A stretch of 63,618 nucleotides of DNA, filler included, from Octopus bimaculoides (GCF_001194135.2; 11 parts of 10 records of this genome joined end to end with filler, not necessarily neighbours in it), one strand, 5' to 3'; counted from the first letter of the whole stretch, positions 50,140 through 62,481 are shown. A program made the numbers and translations. Notes: generated by a model not told the origin, from the letters alone.

Positions 50140-51480
50140 AAATTATAAACATCTGGAAAGCTTTACAGATTTTTACAGTTCCAGTGATGGATTGGATCTG
50201 CTGTCTTCGAATTAGCATTCTTCTTTCTGGTTTTGAGAATCCTAATTTCACAAAATTTTATTCAGGCATTGTGTTACATATCTCAGAGCCCCAATGATTA
50301 TAAGTATAAACCTGACCTTGTAATCTGCATAGAGTAACCGCAGATTTCTCAATAGTTCAGCATAGGCGTTCTCTTTTTCACTGATCTTCAGCTTTATGTT
50401 AACGTCCACTGGGCAACTAATTTCCATAACTGTGCAGTTTCTCTTCTCTATCCCAAATCATTATATCAGGTCTGTTGTGCTCACATTTTATTGAGGTCTT
50501 CACTGGTACATTCCACCAGCATTCCTTTTTATTATGAGTGTCTGTGGCTTTTACCATATTATGGGTTCTTATTTGTCCTCGGGATTATCCTTCCGACGGA
50601 TTTCATTATAGAGTGTCCTAGCTACAACATCATGCTTCATCGGCAGATAATACCCTGGTGACATTTTCGGACAACTGCTTATCGTGCGTGATATCTTCAG
50701 TGTGAACTCCACAAAGACTGCATCAGTTGTCACATTTTACGGCCTTTTCTGCGTCTCTATCCCTTTTGTGCATCAAGTTCCTGGATTGCAAACGCATACC
50801 CTTCAAAATGGGAGGTAGTAATCCGGGTTATTGGTCCAAGATGAACTGCTTTGATGATCGATGTTACTATCATCACGGAGCTTTCTACTAACATATCCAT
50901 GCATAGTCTTCTGCTCCTATAGGCTCACCTTTTCTTCTGATGATACGTTGCGACTTCTTTGGTGTCGCCTTCCAAGACTTATGATGCCATCAGCCTCATA
51001 TATGCAAACTTGGTCAAGGGATGGACTTCGACACTTGGTGGTTAGATGTTGCCGAAGGGATATGATGGTACATTCAAATGCAGTTTGGATCGATGTTAAG
51101 CTTGTGCAGCCTCGTTTCTGTTTATGGGGGAATCATGTGTGCTCGTTAGTATTTTTCGAGTTTTCACATCAATGACTCAGATTTCATCAAGCGTTCAATC
51201 AAGCAGACTAAATGTTGGCATGAGTACTAGCACTGCAACAACATTGTGAGCCAGTTTTTTGAATGCAGAGAGTTCTGAGGTCCAAATTTTCTTTATTCGG
51301 CTGTAATATTCTTTAGAGACACATATTTTGTTACAGGTGCCATTGTAAGATATATTTTCATCCACCCCTAGATACCTGTAACATTCCTCGTCAGATACTG
51401 GGGAAACAGTTAAATTATTGATGAAGATGTTAGTTGTCTGGTTTATAGCTTTCCCCCTTTTCACAACCATATAACATTTA
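50140..51480 (-). mobile_element. R4/Dong-clade (RLE) non-LTR retrotransposon, decayed C-terminal 1.3 kb
   Basis: Minus strand gives YRYLG (RT thumb), KIWTSELSAFKK, CCHC-like CSLCGVHTEDITH...SCPKMS, HDVVARTLYNEI and the RLE motif HNRPDIMIWDREEK, with frameshifts. Confidence 0.88.
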
Positions 51481-51915
51481 TCCTGATGTATGTATGTATG
51501 TATGTATGTATATATGTATGTATGTATGTATGCATGCCTGTATGAATGTATATACGTTTTTTCTGTCTGTTTATATGTGCTTTAGTTGTATATGTGCATG
51601 AGTGTGTGTCTATCTGTGCATGACTGTTTATACATATGTTTATATTTGTGTGTGCATTTACGCCAGTTCCTCTGATTCTGTCTGAGCGTGTGAGATTCTG
51701 TTAAATGTTATGAGAACGACAATGATTAAGGATTAGTTTGATGGATTCAAATTTACACGTATTTGAAGAGAACTTTATTCTTATTGTTATTATCATTATT
51801 ATTATTATTATTATTNNNNNNNNNNNNNNNNNNNNNNNNNNNNNNNNNNNNNNNNNNNNTTAATTAATTAANNNNNNNNNNNNNNNNNNNNNNNNNNNNN
51901 NNNNNNNNNNNNNNN

Positions 51916-52345
51916 AGCGGTAGGTGGGGGTGCGGTGGGGTAGAGTGGCGGTGAGGTGAATGAGGTGGATGTGGAAGTGGTGGAAGGCTGGAAGGTTCTG
52001 GCGGTGGTGGTGGTGGTGGTGAGGGTGAGGGAAGTGATGATGAGAGTGATGATGGTAGTGGTGGTGGTAGTGGTAGTGGTAGTGGTTGTGGTGATAGTGG
52101 TTATAGCGGTAGTTATGGTGATGATGGTGGTTGAGGTGATGGCTGCTTTGTTGGTAGTAGTAGTAGTAGTAGTGGTTGTGGTAGTGATGGTGGGATTGAT
52201 GGCGGGGAAGGTGATAGTCGTAGTAGCGATGGTAGCGGTAGTGATACCGGTCGTGGTACTCGTAGTGGTAGTCGTGGTAGTAGTCGTAGTTGTGGTGGTG
52301 GTGGTAGTAGTGATGCTTATAGTAGTAACAGTGGTGGTGGTGGTA
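51916..52345. repeat. Degenerate (GTA/GTG/GAT)n tract
   Basis: Imperfect trinucleotide array; encodes poly-Thr on the minus strand. Confidence 0.85.
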
Positions 52346-52771
52346 ATTGTGACGTGCGTGTTCGTCATACATCCAGGTGATGGTCCATTGCTTTTTTTGT
52401 TTTGTTTTCCTTTTTCCTCTTTGCTGCTTCCATTTCGTCATCTCGATGGTCAGTAAACGAGGGCCGTGTACAATTTGTTCTGAAGTGTACGTATGCAGTG
52501 CTGCCATTCGGGTCCTTTGTAGTTTATTGTGGTTTTGTAGTTGATTAAAGAGAGGTTGGGGACCCAAGTAAGACTGGCTAATCGATGATCAATGATAGAT
52601 CGAACGTATCGTCCGCATATCATCCCCGCTGATGTTTCCTTCCCTTGCACAAATATGTCAGTTGTGATGGCTATAAATACGTTTCAGTATAGCTTTGTCT
52701 TCTGTTTATGGCTTTGAACGTTGCAGCTGTGGTTTTTTTTTTGGTTTTTTTTATATTCTTAGTATTTTGTC

Positions 52772-52774
<3 letters not shown>

Positions 52775-52852
<78 letters not shown>

Positions 52853-53141
52853 TGTGTCTGTGTCTGTGTGTATGTGTCTGTGTCTGTGTCTGTGTGTATG
52901 TGTCTGTGTGTATGTGGCTGTATGTGTGTGTGTGTGTGTGTGTGTCTGTCTGTCTATGTCTGTGTGTATGTGTCTGTGTGTATGTCTGTGTGTGTGTGTC
53001 TGTGTGTGTGTGTCTGTGTCTGTCTGTGTCTGCCTCTGTGTGTGTGTATCTGTGTCTGTGTGTGTTTATGTCAATGTGTGTGTATATGTGTGTGTCTCTG
53101 TGTGTCTGTGTCTCTGTGTGTGTGTGCCTGTGTGTGTCTGA

Positions 53142-53185
<44 letters not shown>
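52775..53185. repeat. (TG)n/(TGTGTC)n microsatellite
   Basis: Direct repeats. Confidence 0.95.
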
Positions 53186-53261
53186 NNNNNNNNNNNNNNN
53201 NNNNNNNNNNNNNNNNNNNNNNNNNNNNNNNNNNNNNNNNNNNNNNNNNNNNNNNNNNNNN

Positions 53262-53520
53262 GTGGTTAGGTTGTTGCACTCACGATTACAAGATCGTGAT
53301 TTCAATTCCCGGAGCGGGCGGCGCGTTGTGTCCTTGAGCAAAACACATCATATCACGTTGCTCCAGACCATTCGGCTGTAAAAGGAATACCTCCGTAACC
53401 TTGTGATAGACCGACGACCACTTCAAGGGTGAGGGGGGAATTTTGGGATTTCCGTGATACGTTAGGGAAACTGGGTGACCGACTCTATGCGTTCCGGAAC
53501 TCGAGACAGCAAAGTCCGGG
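53262..53520 (+). mobile_element. SINE family D
   Basis: GTGGTTAGGTTGTTGCACTCACG...GATTTCAATTCCCGG...GTCCTTGAGCAAAACAC...CACGTTGCTCCAG. Confidence 0.75.
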
Positions 53521-53724
53521 TTACATTTCTGTGTGTCTGTCTCTCTGTCTGACTGTCTGTGCGCGTGTCAGTGTGAGCGCGTGCACGATATTTATGTTGT
53601 TCAATGTTGGCTGCCTTAGATGGTCCCTGATGATGCTGGTATACCAGCAGACGGTGGATTTATCAGGCGCTACGTTGAGTCTGCTCTGGTGCCAAGTTTC
53701 TTGGTAATATTATACACGATTAAA

Positions 53725-53930
53725 GCACTGAGCTAGCAGAATCGTTAGCACGCCGGGCAAATTGCTTAGTGGTATTTCGTCCGTCTGAATGTTCTGAGTT
53801 TAAATTCTGCTTTGGTCGATCTTTCACGATCGATAAAATAAGTACCAGTTGAACACTGGGGTGAATGTATTCGATTTACCTCCCACTCCGAAATTGCTGA
53901 CCTTGTGACAAAATTGGAAAGTAATATTAT
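53725..53930 (+). mobile_element. SINE family A variant
   Basis: GAGCTAGCAGAATCGTTAGCACGCCGGGC...GATAAAATAAGTACCAGTTGAACACTGGGG. Confidence 0.8.
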
Positions 53931-53970
53931 AAAGCGTTGAACTTGTTGGAAAGACGTGGTGTCATCTATT

Positions 53971-55027
53971 TACGGGGGTCAGCTAATAAGTTCACAGGCT
54001 GACCAAGATACTTTCATGGAATATGACCAAATGAGGTTTACTTTTCAACATAGTCCCCTCTGCGGTCCACACACTTTTATCAGTGTTGCAGTTCCTGTAT
54101 TCCATTGGTGAAGAAATTTTTATTCTGTTGGTCAAAAAGCAGATGTGACGTCATCATCACTGTGATACTGGTTTCCATTTACGTGTTTTTTTTTTTTCCT
54201 TTTGGGGAACAGATGATAGTCAGATGGGATCAAATCAGAAGAATATGGAGAGTGGTCAGCCAGTTCAAAGTGACAGTCATGTACAGCAGCCATTGAAGCC
54301 AAGGATTTGTGCTAGAACATTGTCCTGGTAGAACAAGACCTCTTTCGTTAGTCTTCCCGGGCGTTTGGTCTTGATAGCCTTTCGTTCTCAACAAGTTGGC
54401 GTAGTATTCTTTATTGATGGTGTGACCCTTTTGAAGATTGCCATTAAACACATTTCCTTTTGCTTCCCAAAAACATGAGTCCATCATCTTCCCTGCAGAT
54501 GAAATGAACTGGGCCTTCTTTGGAGCAGGAGAGGAAGGGTGTGGATTGTCTCTTTGTCTCTGGCTCAAAGTGATGAAGCCAACATTCATCCTGGCTTAGG
54601 AAACATTCAATGGAACCAGCTGAATTGGCCCAAATGTCAGATTTTCCTGTGATGAGATTAGCCTGAAGCGCTTGTGATCAGATGTCAGAAGACATGGCAC
54701 CCATCTATCAGAAACCTTCGTCATGTCAAATTCATTGTACCTAATATTCTTATCTCTCTTGCGTGACATACTAATAGTATTGACTTTGATTTATAGTTAA
54801 TCACCTGTCATCCATCAGCATGTGGTGAACACGATCAATATTTTCCTCGGTGGTGACAGTTGCAAGACATCTAAGCCTTGGGTCATCTTCAAGACTCCCC
54901 CTTTCCCTCTTAAATTCAGCTGCCTGCTTTTGCACTGTTGACAAAGATGGGGCGTCATCCTTTAATGTAGCAATCAGGTCAGTATGAATGTCCTTGAGGG
55001 CTAAACCCTTTTTCTACAGGTACTTCC
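53971..55027 (-). mobile_element. Mariner (DD34D) transposon, 5'-truncated, decayed transposase with 3' TIR
   Basis: Minus strand reads KGLALKDIHTDLIATLKDDAPSLSTVQK, RWVPCLLTSDHK (WVPxxL), QDECWLHHFEPETKRQS and DHSPYSSDLIPSDYHLFP (YSPDL motif). Ends ...TTATTAGCTGACCCCCG-TA. Confidence 0.93.
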
Positions 55028-56429
55028 GAAATGTATCGAACTCGCGACCTTACAATCGTGAGTCAGAAGATCAGGAATATTTTCCAGCTCTGAAGGGCCA
55101 ATATTTGGGATATTCTCTTAGCTGTGTTAAGGATACGGTTTTGACAGGAGAGATCTTTGATGATACTAAATCCCATAAGGAGCAACCGTGAGGGCTCTAG
55201 CTGAGTACTACCTGTGTTTAAGAAATGTGTTGTGCGATGAAATTGTTCTGATGTGAGTTGTACCGTGTACTTTATTTTGAAAGAGACAAGGTTAACATGG
55301 CCCTCATTACTGGGGTGGGGCAGACGTTCTCCATTCGTGGAACCTGTGAAAGGTTTTGCGTTTGGTGTCTAGGTTGCGTGTGGATGATATATGGTTGGAG
55401 AATATTGGATAGGAATGAGAGGTTGGATCGCGAGCCTGAGAATAGGTGTTGATGTTAGACGCCATAGAAGAGAGAGAGGGGGAGGGAAAGAGAGAGTGTG
55501 TGGGGAATATCTGGGTTAGTAGTGTAAAGGATTAACCTTCTGAAAATTTTGAGTGATGGGTCTGTATGATATTACTTCGTAATCGAGATGAAACGCTAAG
55601 ACAAGGTAACGAAATAAACAGACCTGTGGGTCACACTTTGCCATATGGCTCACGACCCACGTTGTCAGTTTCGTACCTAAATCAATCAAACTTAACAAAG
55701 GACAATACAAGAACAACAGCGGAAAAGAAAACTAAGAAAAAATAGCTACAGTAATCCTTCTTATTGCCTTTGAACCGACGACCCAGATGCCATAACACTC
55801 TTTCAGCGAAGCAAAATGAGTCATTGTTCAGTGGGACTTTCGAGGCTATTAAACAGAGTTTATTTTCGCTAAAAGTTGAAAGACGTATTACAGTTTGTCT
55901 GGGAAAACTAGACATAGAGATTTTTGTACGTAAAACTTTTTGGCCTCAAGATAACAATATATATCTTAGTTTCTTCTCTTTTTTTTTTTTTTNNNNNNNN
56001 NNNNNNNNNNNNNNNNNNNNNNNNNNNNNNNNNNNNTTAATTAATTAANNNNNNNNNNNNNNNNNNNNNNNNNNNNNNNNNNNNNNNNNNNNTACAATTA
56101 TGCGGATTAACTAATTGATATATTAAATATAACAGTTTGGCCATGAAACATAAGATATATATATATATATTTTCACATGAAAAACGAGAAAAAGCAGGAG
56201 ATCGAAAAGACGATTAAAATTTAAGTACAAATATATAGATAATTATAGAGGAACTTACACAGCGTACAAATGATCAAAACTTATGACACCTTTCTTCTAC
56301 CCTTTTAATATTCTGTGTAAGCTGGATTTATAAATATCTATATATTTGTGCTTAACTTTTCATCGTCTGAAAGTTTCCATCTTTTGCTTTTTCTTGTTTT
56401 TCATGTATACATGTATACATTTTTTGTGT

Positions 56430-56620
56430 TTCATGTCCCTCCCAACATCGTTTGACAACCGATGGTGGTGTGTTTACGTACCCGTAAATTAGCGGTTCGG
56501 CAAAAGGGACCGATAGAATAAGTATTAGGCATCCAAAAAATAAGTCCTGGGGTCGATTTTCTCGACTAAAGGTGGTGCTCCAGCATGGTCACAGTCAAAT
56601 GACTGTAACAAGTAAACGAG
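56430..56620 (+). mobile_element. SINE family B, 3' part
   Basis: CCCAACATCGTTTGACAACCGATGGTGG...GGTGCTCCAGCATGGTCACAGTCAAATGACTG. Confidence 0.85.
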
Positions 56621-57100
56621 TAAACTATAATATTATATTTGATATATATAATTTGTTTATCCCCATAATTGCCTATGTATCCGCTTAACTTGATCCCTTT
56701 TACACAGTGGAATTAGTCCCCTATAAAGACCTCGAAGTCTAAGTTTGAATATTTTTGAGCACTAAGTTTCTTCTATGCTCACAATCTCCGGATCTCATCT
56801 GTGTACTATATATATANNNNNNNNNNNNNNNNNNNNNNNNNNNNNNNNNNNNNNNNNNNNNNNNNNNNNNNNNNNNNNNNNNNNNNNNNNNNNNNNNNNN
56901 NNNNNNNNNNNNNNNNNNNNNNNNNNNNNNNNNNNNNNNNNNNNNNNNNNNNNNNNNNNNNNNNNNNNNNNNNNNNNNNNNNNNNNNNNNNNNNNNNNNN
57001 NNNNNNNNNNNNNNNNNNNNNNNNNNNNNNNNNNNNNNNNNNNNNNNNNNNNNNNNNNNNNNNNNNNNNNNNNNNNNNNNNNNNNNNNNNNNNNNNNNNA

Positions 57101-57490
57101 TGCGGTCAAATAAGATTTGTTTTTCAACATGGTCCCCCTAAACACACGCTTCCTCCATCAGTATTCCAGTGTTTCGATCTCATTGGTGAAGAACCTTTCA
57201 TCCTGTTGGTGAAATTAGTCAAAAGCAAATATGACGTCATCATAACTGTGATACTGATTCCCAGCCAAGAGGTTTTTCACGTTTGGAAACAGATGATAGT
57301 CAGTTTGGTCCAAAAGAGGATAATAGGGAGGGTGATCAATCAGTTCAAAGTCACAGGCACACACAGCAGCCATTGAAACCAAGGACTCACGTACTGGAGT
57401 ATTGAACTGGTGAAACAAGATACCATTCGTCAGTTTTCCTGGGTGTTTGGTCTTGATAGCTTTTCGTAACTGCTCCAGTAAGATGTCATA
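57101..57490 (-). mobile_element. Second mariner transposase C-terminal fragment
   Basis: SLVSMAAVCACDFELIDHPPYYPLLDQTDYHLFPNVK; homologous to about 54030-54420. Confidence 0.88.
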
Positions 57491-57519
57491 GTACTCTACA
57501 GTTTAGGGTAAAAACTAAC

Positions 57520-58250
57520 GTCTCTCCGGAGTAAGAAACTTGTATCCCAACTACATGATTTCGGATTTAGTCCCACTATGTGGCACATTGGGCAGGTTTC
57601 TTCTCTTATGGCCCTAAGGCCACCTAAAGTGGGTTTGGTAGAAAAAAACTAATAAAAGAAACCTCTCATAAACACACACGCGTACAATCATCTGCGCGCA
57701 CGCGCGCGCACACATGCATACGTACATACATACATACATACATACGTACATATATACATACATACACGTATGTATGTATTTATTATGTGAGTGTATGTAT
57801 GTGTTTGACTACCACCAGCGCTTGACAACCAGTGTTGGTTTGTTTATGTTCCCATAACTCAGTGACTAAGCAAAAACAGGGTGATAGAATAAGTGTCGGG
57901 CTTAGACAAATAGGTAACGGGGTCGATTTGTTCAACCAGACCCTTCAAGGTGGTGAACTAGAATGGCCGCAGTCCAATGACTGACACAAGTATAAGATGT
58001 GTGTGTGTGTGTGTGTGTGTGAGTGTGTGTGTGTGCGCGCGCGCGCGCGTGTGTTTGTGTACAACTTTGCTTCCAACACTGCTTGACAACTGGTGTTTGT
58101 GTGTTTACATCCCTGTAACTTAGCGATTCAGGAAAAAAGAGCCTGATAGAATAAGTACTAAGCTGAAGAAATAAATCCTGGGGTCAGTTTGTTCGACCTA
58201 AAACCCTCCAAGGCGGTGCTCCAGCAAGTCGTGATCAAATGACTGAAACA
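57520..58250 (+). mobile_element. Cluster of diverged SINE B pieces with microsatellites
   Basis: Head-like part at about 57520-57660 and two 3' halves at about 57800-57990 and 58060-58250. Confidence 0.7.
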
Positions 58251-59239
58251 ATTAAAAAAAAAAAGAATTTACAAAATACATATACATGTATACAAATAAA
58301 GAGAAAGAAAGCAAAGACTGAAAAATTTCAGACAATGAATATCTAAGTATAATATANNNNNNNNNNNNNNNNNNNNNNNNNNNNNNNNNNNNNNNNNNNN
58401 NNNNNNNNNNNNNNNNNNNNNNNNNNNNNNNNNNNNNNNNNNNNNNNNNNNNNNNNNNNNNNNNNNNNNNNNNNNNNNNNNNNNNNNNNNNNNNNNNNNN
58501 NNNNNNNNNNNNNNNNNNNNNNNNNNNNNNNNNNNNNNNNNNNNNNNNNNNNNNNNNNNNNNNNNNNNNNNNNNNNNNNNNNNNNNNNNNNNNNNNNNNN
58601 NNNNNNNNNNNNNNNNNNNNNNNNNNNNNNNNNNNNNNNNNNNNNNNNNNNNNNNNNNNNNNNNNNNNNNNNNNNNNNNNNNNNNNNNNNNNNNNNNNNN
58701 NNNNNNNNNNNNNNNNNNNNNNNNNNNNNNNNNNNNNNNNNNNNNNNNNNNNNNNNNNNNNNNNNNNNNNNNNNNNNNNNNNNNNNNNNNNNNNNNNNNN
58801 NNNNNNNNNNNNNNNNNNNNNNNNNNNNNNNNNNNNNNNNNNNNNNNNNNNNNNNNNNNNNNNNNNNNNNNNNNNNNNNNNNNNNNNNNNNNNNNNNNNN
58901 NNNNNNNNNNNNNNNNNNNNNNNNNNNNNNNNNNNNNNNNNNNNNNNNNNNNNNNNNNNNNNNNNNNNNNNNNNNNNNNNNNNNNNNNNNNNNNNNNNNN
59001 NNNNNNNNNNNNNNNNNNNNNNNNNNNNNNNNNNNNNNNNNNNNNNNNNNNNNNNNNNNNNNNNNNNNNNNNNNNNNNNNNNNNNNNNNNNNNNNNNNNN
59101 NNNNNNNNNNNNNNNNNNNNNNNNNNNNNNNNNNNNNNNNNNNNNNNNNNNNNNNNNNNNNNNNNNNNNNNNNNNNNNNNNNNNNNNNNNNNNNNNNNCG
59201 CTCTTATAAGTATTCCTGAGCGCTACTGGTAACATGTAA

Positions 59240-59395
59240 TCCAGTACAACCTGTCTCATGGTCGGGTCGTCGGCGACTAAACTGGCAACCCCACCAAGCT
59301 CGCTTGGTGAGGAGGGTGATTGTTGGCATCCTGCGGGATGAAAAATAAGACTCGTCGAAAGGACGTAAGAACTACTGTGTAGTAGCGTCCACCCA
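59240..59395 (+). mobile_element. Probable RTE-type LINE 5' UTR fragment
   Basis: CATGGTCGGGTCGTCGGCGACTAAACTGGCAACCCC...TTGGTGAGGAGGG resembles RTE leaders as recalled; not verified. Confidence 0.4.
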
Positions 59396-59589
59396 ACAAT
59401 GTTTGTTTCTGTGTGTGTGTGTTTAAATTCTGTGTGCGCTTGTTGTTGTGCTGTGCTGTGTGTGTGTATATTTTTATATGCATTTCTTTTNNNNNNNNNN
59501 NNNNNNNNNNNNNNNNNNNNNNNNNNNNNNNNNNTTAATTAATTAANNNNNNNNNNNNNNNNNNNNNNNNNNNNNNNNNNNNNNNNNNN

Positions 59590-61222
59590 NAACAGAGAAT
59601 CCACAACTACAGCACGATTCACAACCCTTCAAAAACAACATCATCAACAGCATGAAATCACAGAAACACAGAAAGAGCAAATTACGGGACATCAAAAACA
59701 AGATTATTCCTCAGACTGTAGACGATATGTATCCATCCATTTCATTGTTTTGATCAAGTACAACAGTGAAATGATGGATTTTGTAAGTCAAAATAAAAAT
59801 AAAATAGAGACAGAGAGAAAGGAATTTGAGGATTTCATCCACAAAACTCTCAAAAGAAAGACACTCAGTTTAAACGTCGTCAGACGTTTATAAAACTATA
59901 AGGGGAAAATTCCCATGTGGGGATTTTTTAAATATGAGATGATAAAAGGCTGAGAAAGGGTATTTTAGAAACTTTTCGCCAGTAGTGAGACCCGGATCTT
60001 CTGGCCTTTTCGAAATTCAATGTCAGTAACCTCCTCTTTTTCTTTCTCTGACTGGCATGACTGAGCTGAGAATGGGCTGTATAAATGTACGTGGCCTAAG
60101 ATCAGCTTGGAAACAAGGTCACTTGCTCAATGATCTCAGGTCGCTTGATTGAGATATGACTACCATTATTGAAACAAGGATCTCTGCTCTAGCATCTATC
60201 TCCGAGGACTATGAGATATTCTCATCTTGTGATCTATCAGGAATAGGTGGCGCTGTAGCAGTGCTACTCCAGAAATCTTTATATCTCCCAGTACGGACTA
60301 TTTTCCTGGACCTGGATGATAGAGTGGTGGATATAGATGTTAATGGCAGCGAAGGCGGCACTTTCAAACTGCTGGCTGTTTATGCCCCAACAGGGGCTAG
60401 AATGCAAGATTTCTTCAGGTGTCTGGAAACATTCTTGGGAACGTCTTGCACTTTATTACTAGTAGGGGACTGGAATAGTATTTTGGACGTACGGAAGGAC
60501 TGTGTGGATTTAGTACATAGCAAAGTGGGTGTAAAAGCCTCGAAAAACTACTCAGAACTTAACAGCTGTCTGACAGGACCAACTGGATTTTCCTGATGTT
60601 CCAAATACATTTTCTTAATGTGTAACAACGGGTCATCCAGATCGTATTTATAGTGAATATTTGTTATGTCAGAGGATAGAGATAGCATAGGTTGTCCATA
60701 ATTTAAATTAGCCAGCTACACAGATCACAAATTTGTGATATGCTCAGTCGATTTATAAAGGACCCGTTGTCAGGGACCCGGTTACTAGAAGTTGAATGCG
60801 TCCTTACCAGCTCTCAAAAACTACAGAAACTGGATTAGCGAACTAGCTAAGCGGCGGTAGACGGGGGGCAATCGTCAACAACCAGTAGTGGATCGCTTTG
60901 AAGAAAGCAACTGGCGTAGAATCGATAGCATTTAGTAAAGATTTAGCAATAGAAAGAAGCAGATTAGAAGGAGAACTAGTGAGAAGAGGCTATTAATAAA
61001 GGCATCGCAACTAACATGTTAATAGCGAGAATGGCCCTTGTCCATTTCTTTGAGGTGAAATATGAAGATTGCGTTGTCAGAGCTAAGATTCTTTTGCTAA
61101 AAAAACAAAGGAGTTAAAGCCGTCCGATGGGCCCAAACAGCAGAGACGCAACGTTGAAGCAAAACCACGCTCAAGTCTTTGACGGATTAGGACGGACGCA
61201 TGCTATTCGGTTCTGAGCAGAT
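59590..61222 (+). mobile_element. L1/Tx1-clade LINE: ORF1 end plus ORF2 APE endonuclease and linker, pseudogenised
   Basis: ATG at 60057 gives MTELRMGCINVRGL...ETR...GGAVAVLL...LLAVYAPTG...LLVGDWNSILD, then SYTDHK and GPGY*KLNAS; stops and frameshifts. Confidence 0.9.
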
Positions 61223-61559
61223 GTGTGCGCTTTCCAGCAGCANNNNNNNNNNNNNNNNNNNNNNNNNNNNNNNNNNNNNNNNNNNNTTAATTAATTAANN
61301 NNNNNNNNNNNNNNNNNNNNNNNNNNNNNNNNNNNNNNNNNNCAATAACATGAATGAGAACAACACTAACATAATCTACAAGGGTAGCAGCAACAACACC
61401 AACAACAATAATAACGATGAAAAACCATAGATAAAAAAATCATCATTCGCGAACGTTACAAAGTGGGGGGGGGGGTCGTCCTTTTACTTGAAGAGAAAGT
61501 GGATATCATAAAAAGCATAGGAACAATATTGTTCCCCCTGGGGCCATAGCATTCCCAGA

Positions 61560-62080
61560 AGAGATAATGATGTGCACCAATAGAATAACAATAATCTATA
61601 AGAGCATCAATCGCACAGAAACGATGCTACAATTCCCTTCCCCAACCGAAATAGAAAAGATATATTGAAGATGTATAGCGTTCCGTAGTGTATATCTCCC
61701 AAGGAATGCATCAGGGGACCATGGTGGCCATACGTAGCAATAAAGAGGATGTGCGTAGGATGGATACAACGACCTGCACCTTAGTTCGCGATACTACCCT
61801 TAGATATGGAACGTTTTGTAACGAAAGTGAGGGTCACAAACGTACCTCCTCATAGGGACAAGCACGGGGAAATAATAAGCATGAAATCAAATCCCCATCA
61901 AAATTTAAAAAAAAACAAGTTATGGAATTCCAAGCTTTAGTTGTTCCAGAAGATGTGGTTTCCATACCAAACGTTTTGTCTTTCGGAGATTGTTTGGAAG
62001 ATGCCGGTGGTCGTGAAGGGTAGGAAACGCAGATGTTATACCTTTGGCAAAATAGATAGTCTCAAAACTTTCTACATCAC
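61560..62080 (+). mobile_element. Probable Tx1-type ORF1 relic
   Basis: FVTKVRVTNVPP and MPVVVKGRKRRCYTFG resemble the Tx1 ORF1 V.V.GR..C..CG zinc-knuckle region; decayed. Confidence 0.45.
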
Positions 62081-62121
62081 AGTGGTGAAATTCACAGTGG
62101 TGAAATTCACAGTGGTGAAAT
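62077..62121 (+). repeat. 15-bp tandem repeat x3 (TCACAGTGGTGAAAT)
   Basis: Direct tandem units. Confidence 0.92.
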
Positions 62122-62481
62122 GACTCGCTGTGCATCGCTGCTTCCAATGCAAAATCTACTGTAATTACAAACAGGGCGGTAGCAGCACCCACCACAACAA
62201 CGATAAATACAAAAGCAATAAAACATACTTCCACTCAAGGAAAGGCGTGAAAATCCGTGACTACCTCCACCACCACGACCACCACTACCAACAGCAACAG
62301 TAAACGATACAGAAGAAATTAAATCCAAATTCAGGCTACTCTTCGGATATAAAAGTGACCGTGGAAGACATGATGATGATGNNNNNNNNNNNNNNNNNNN
62401 NNNNNNNNNNNNNNNNNNNNNNNNNTTAATTAATTAANNNNNNNNNNNNNNNNNNNNNNNNNNNNNNNNNNNNNNNNNNNN

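Noticed and set aside
54988-55191. 67-aa plus-strand ORF with an acceptor-like TTTTTCTACAG
   Set aside because: The acceptor is the antisense of the mariner transposase, and the following segment includes a SINE-head fragment.
5326-58250. Multiple tRNA-like A/B-box heads
   Set aside because: They lack cloverleaf pairing and continue into SINE bodies; only 32892-32963 is a true tRNA.
3730-59259. Long ORFs in the track (e.g. 10161-11003, 24636-25595, 58252-59259)
   Set aside because: They are open only because they run through N gaps.
19890-62437. Ten perfect TTAATTAATTAA palindromes, superficially like regularly spaced repeats or homeobox sites
   Set aside because: Each sits at the centre of a 100-base N spacer and encodes stops in six frames; it is a scaffolding linker, not biology.
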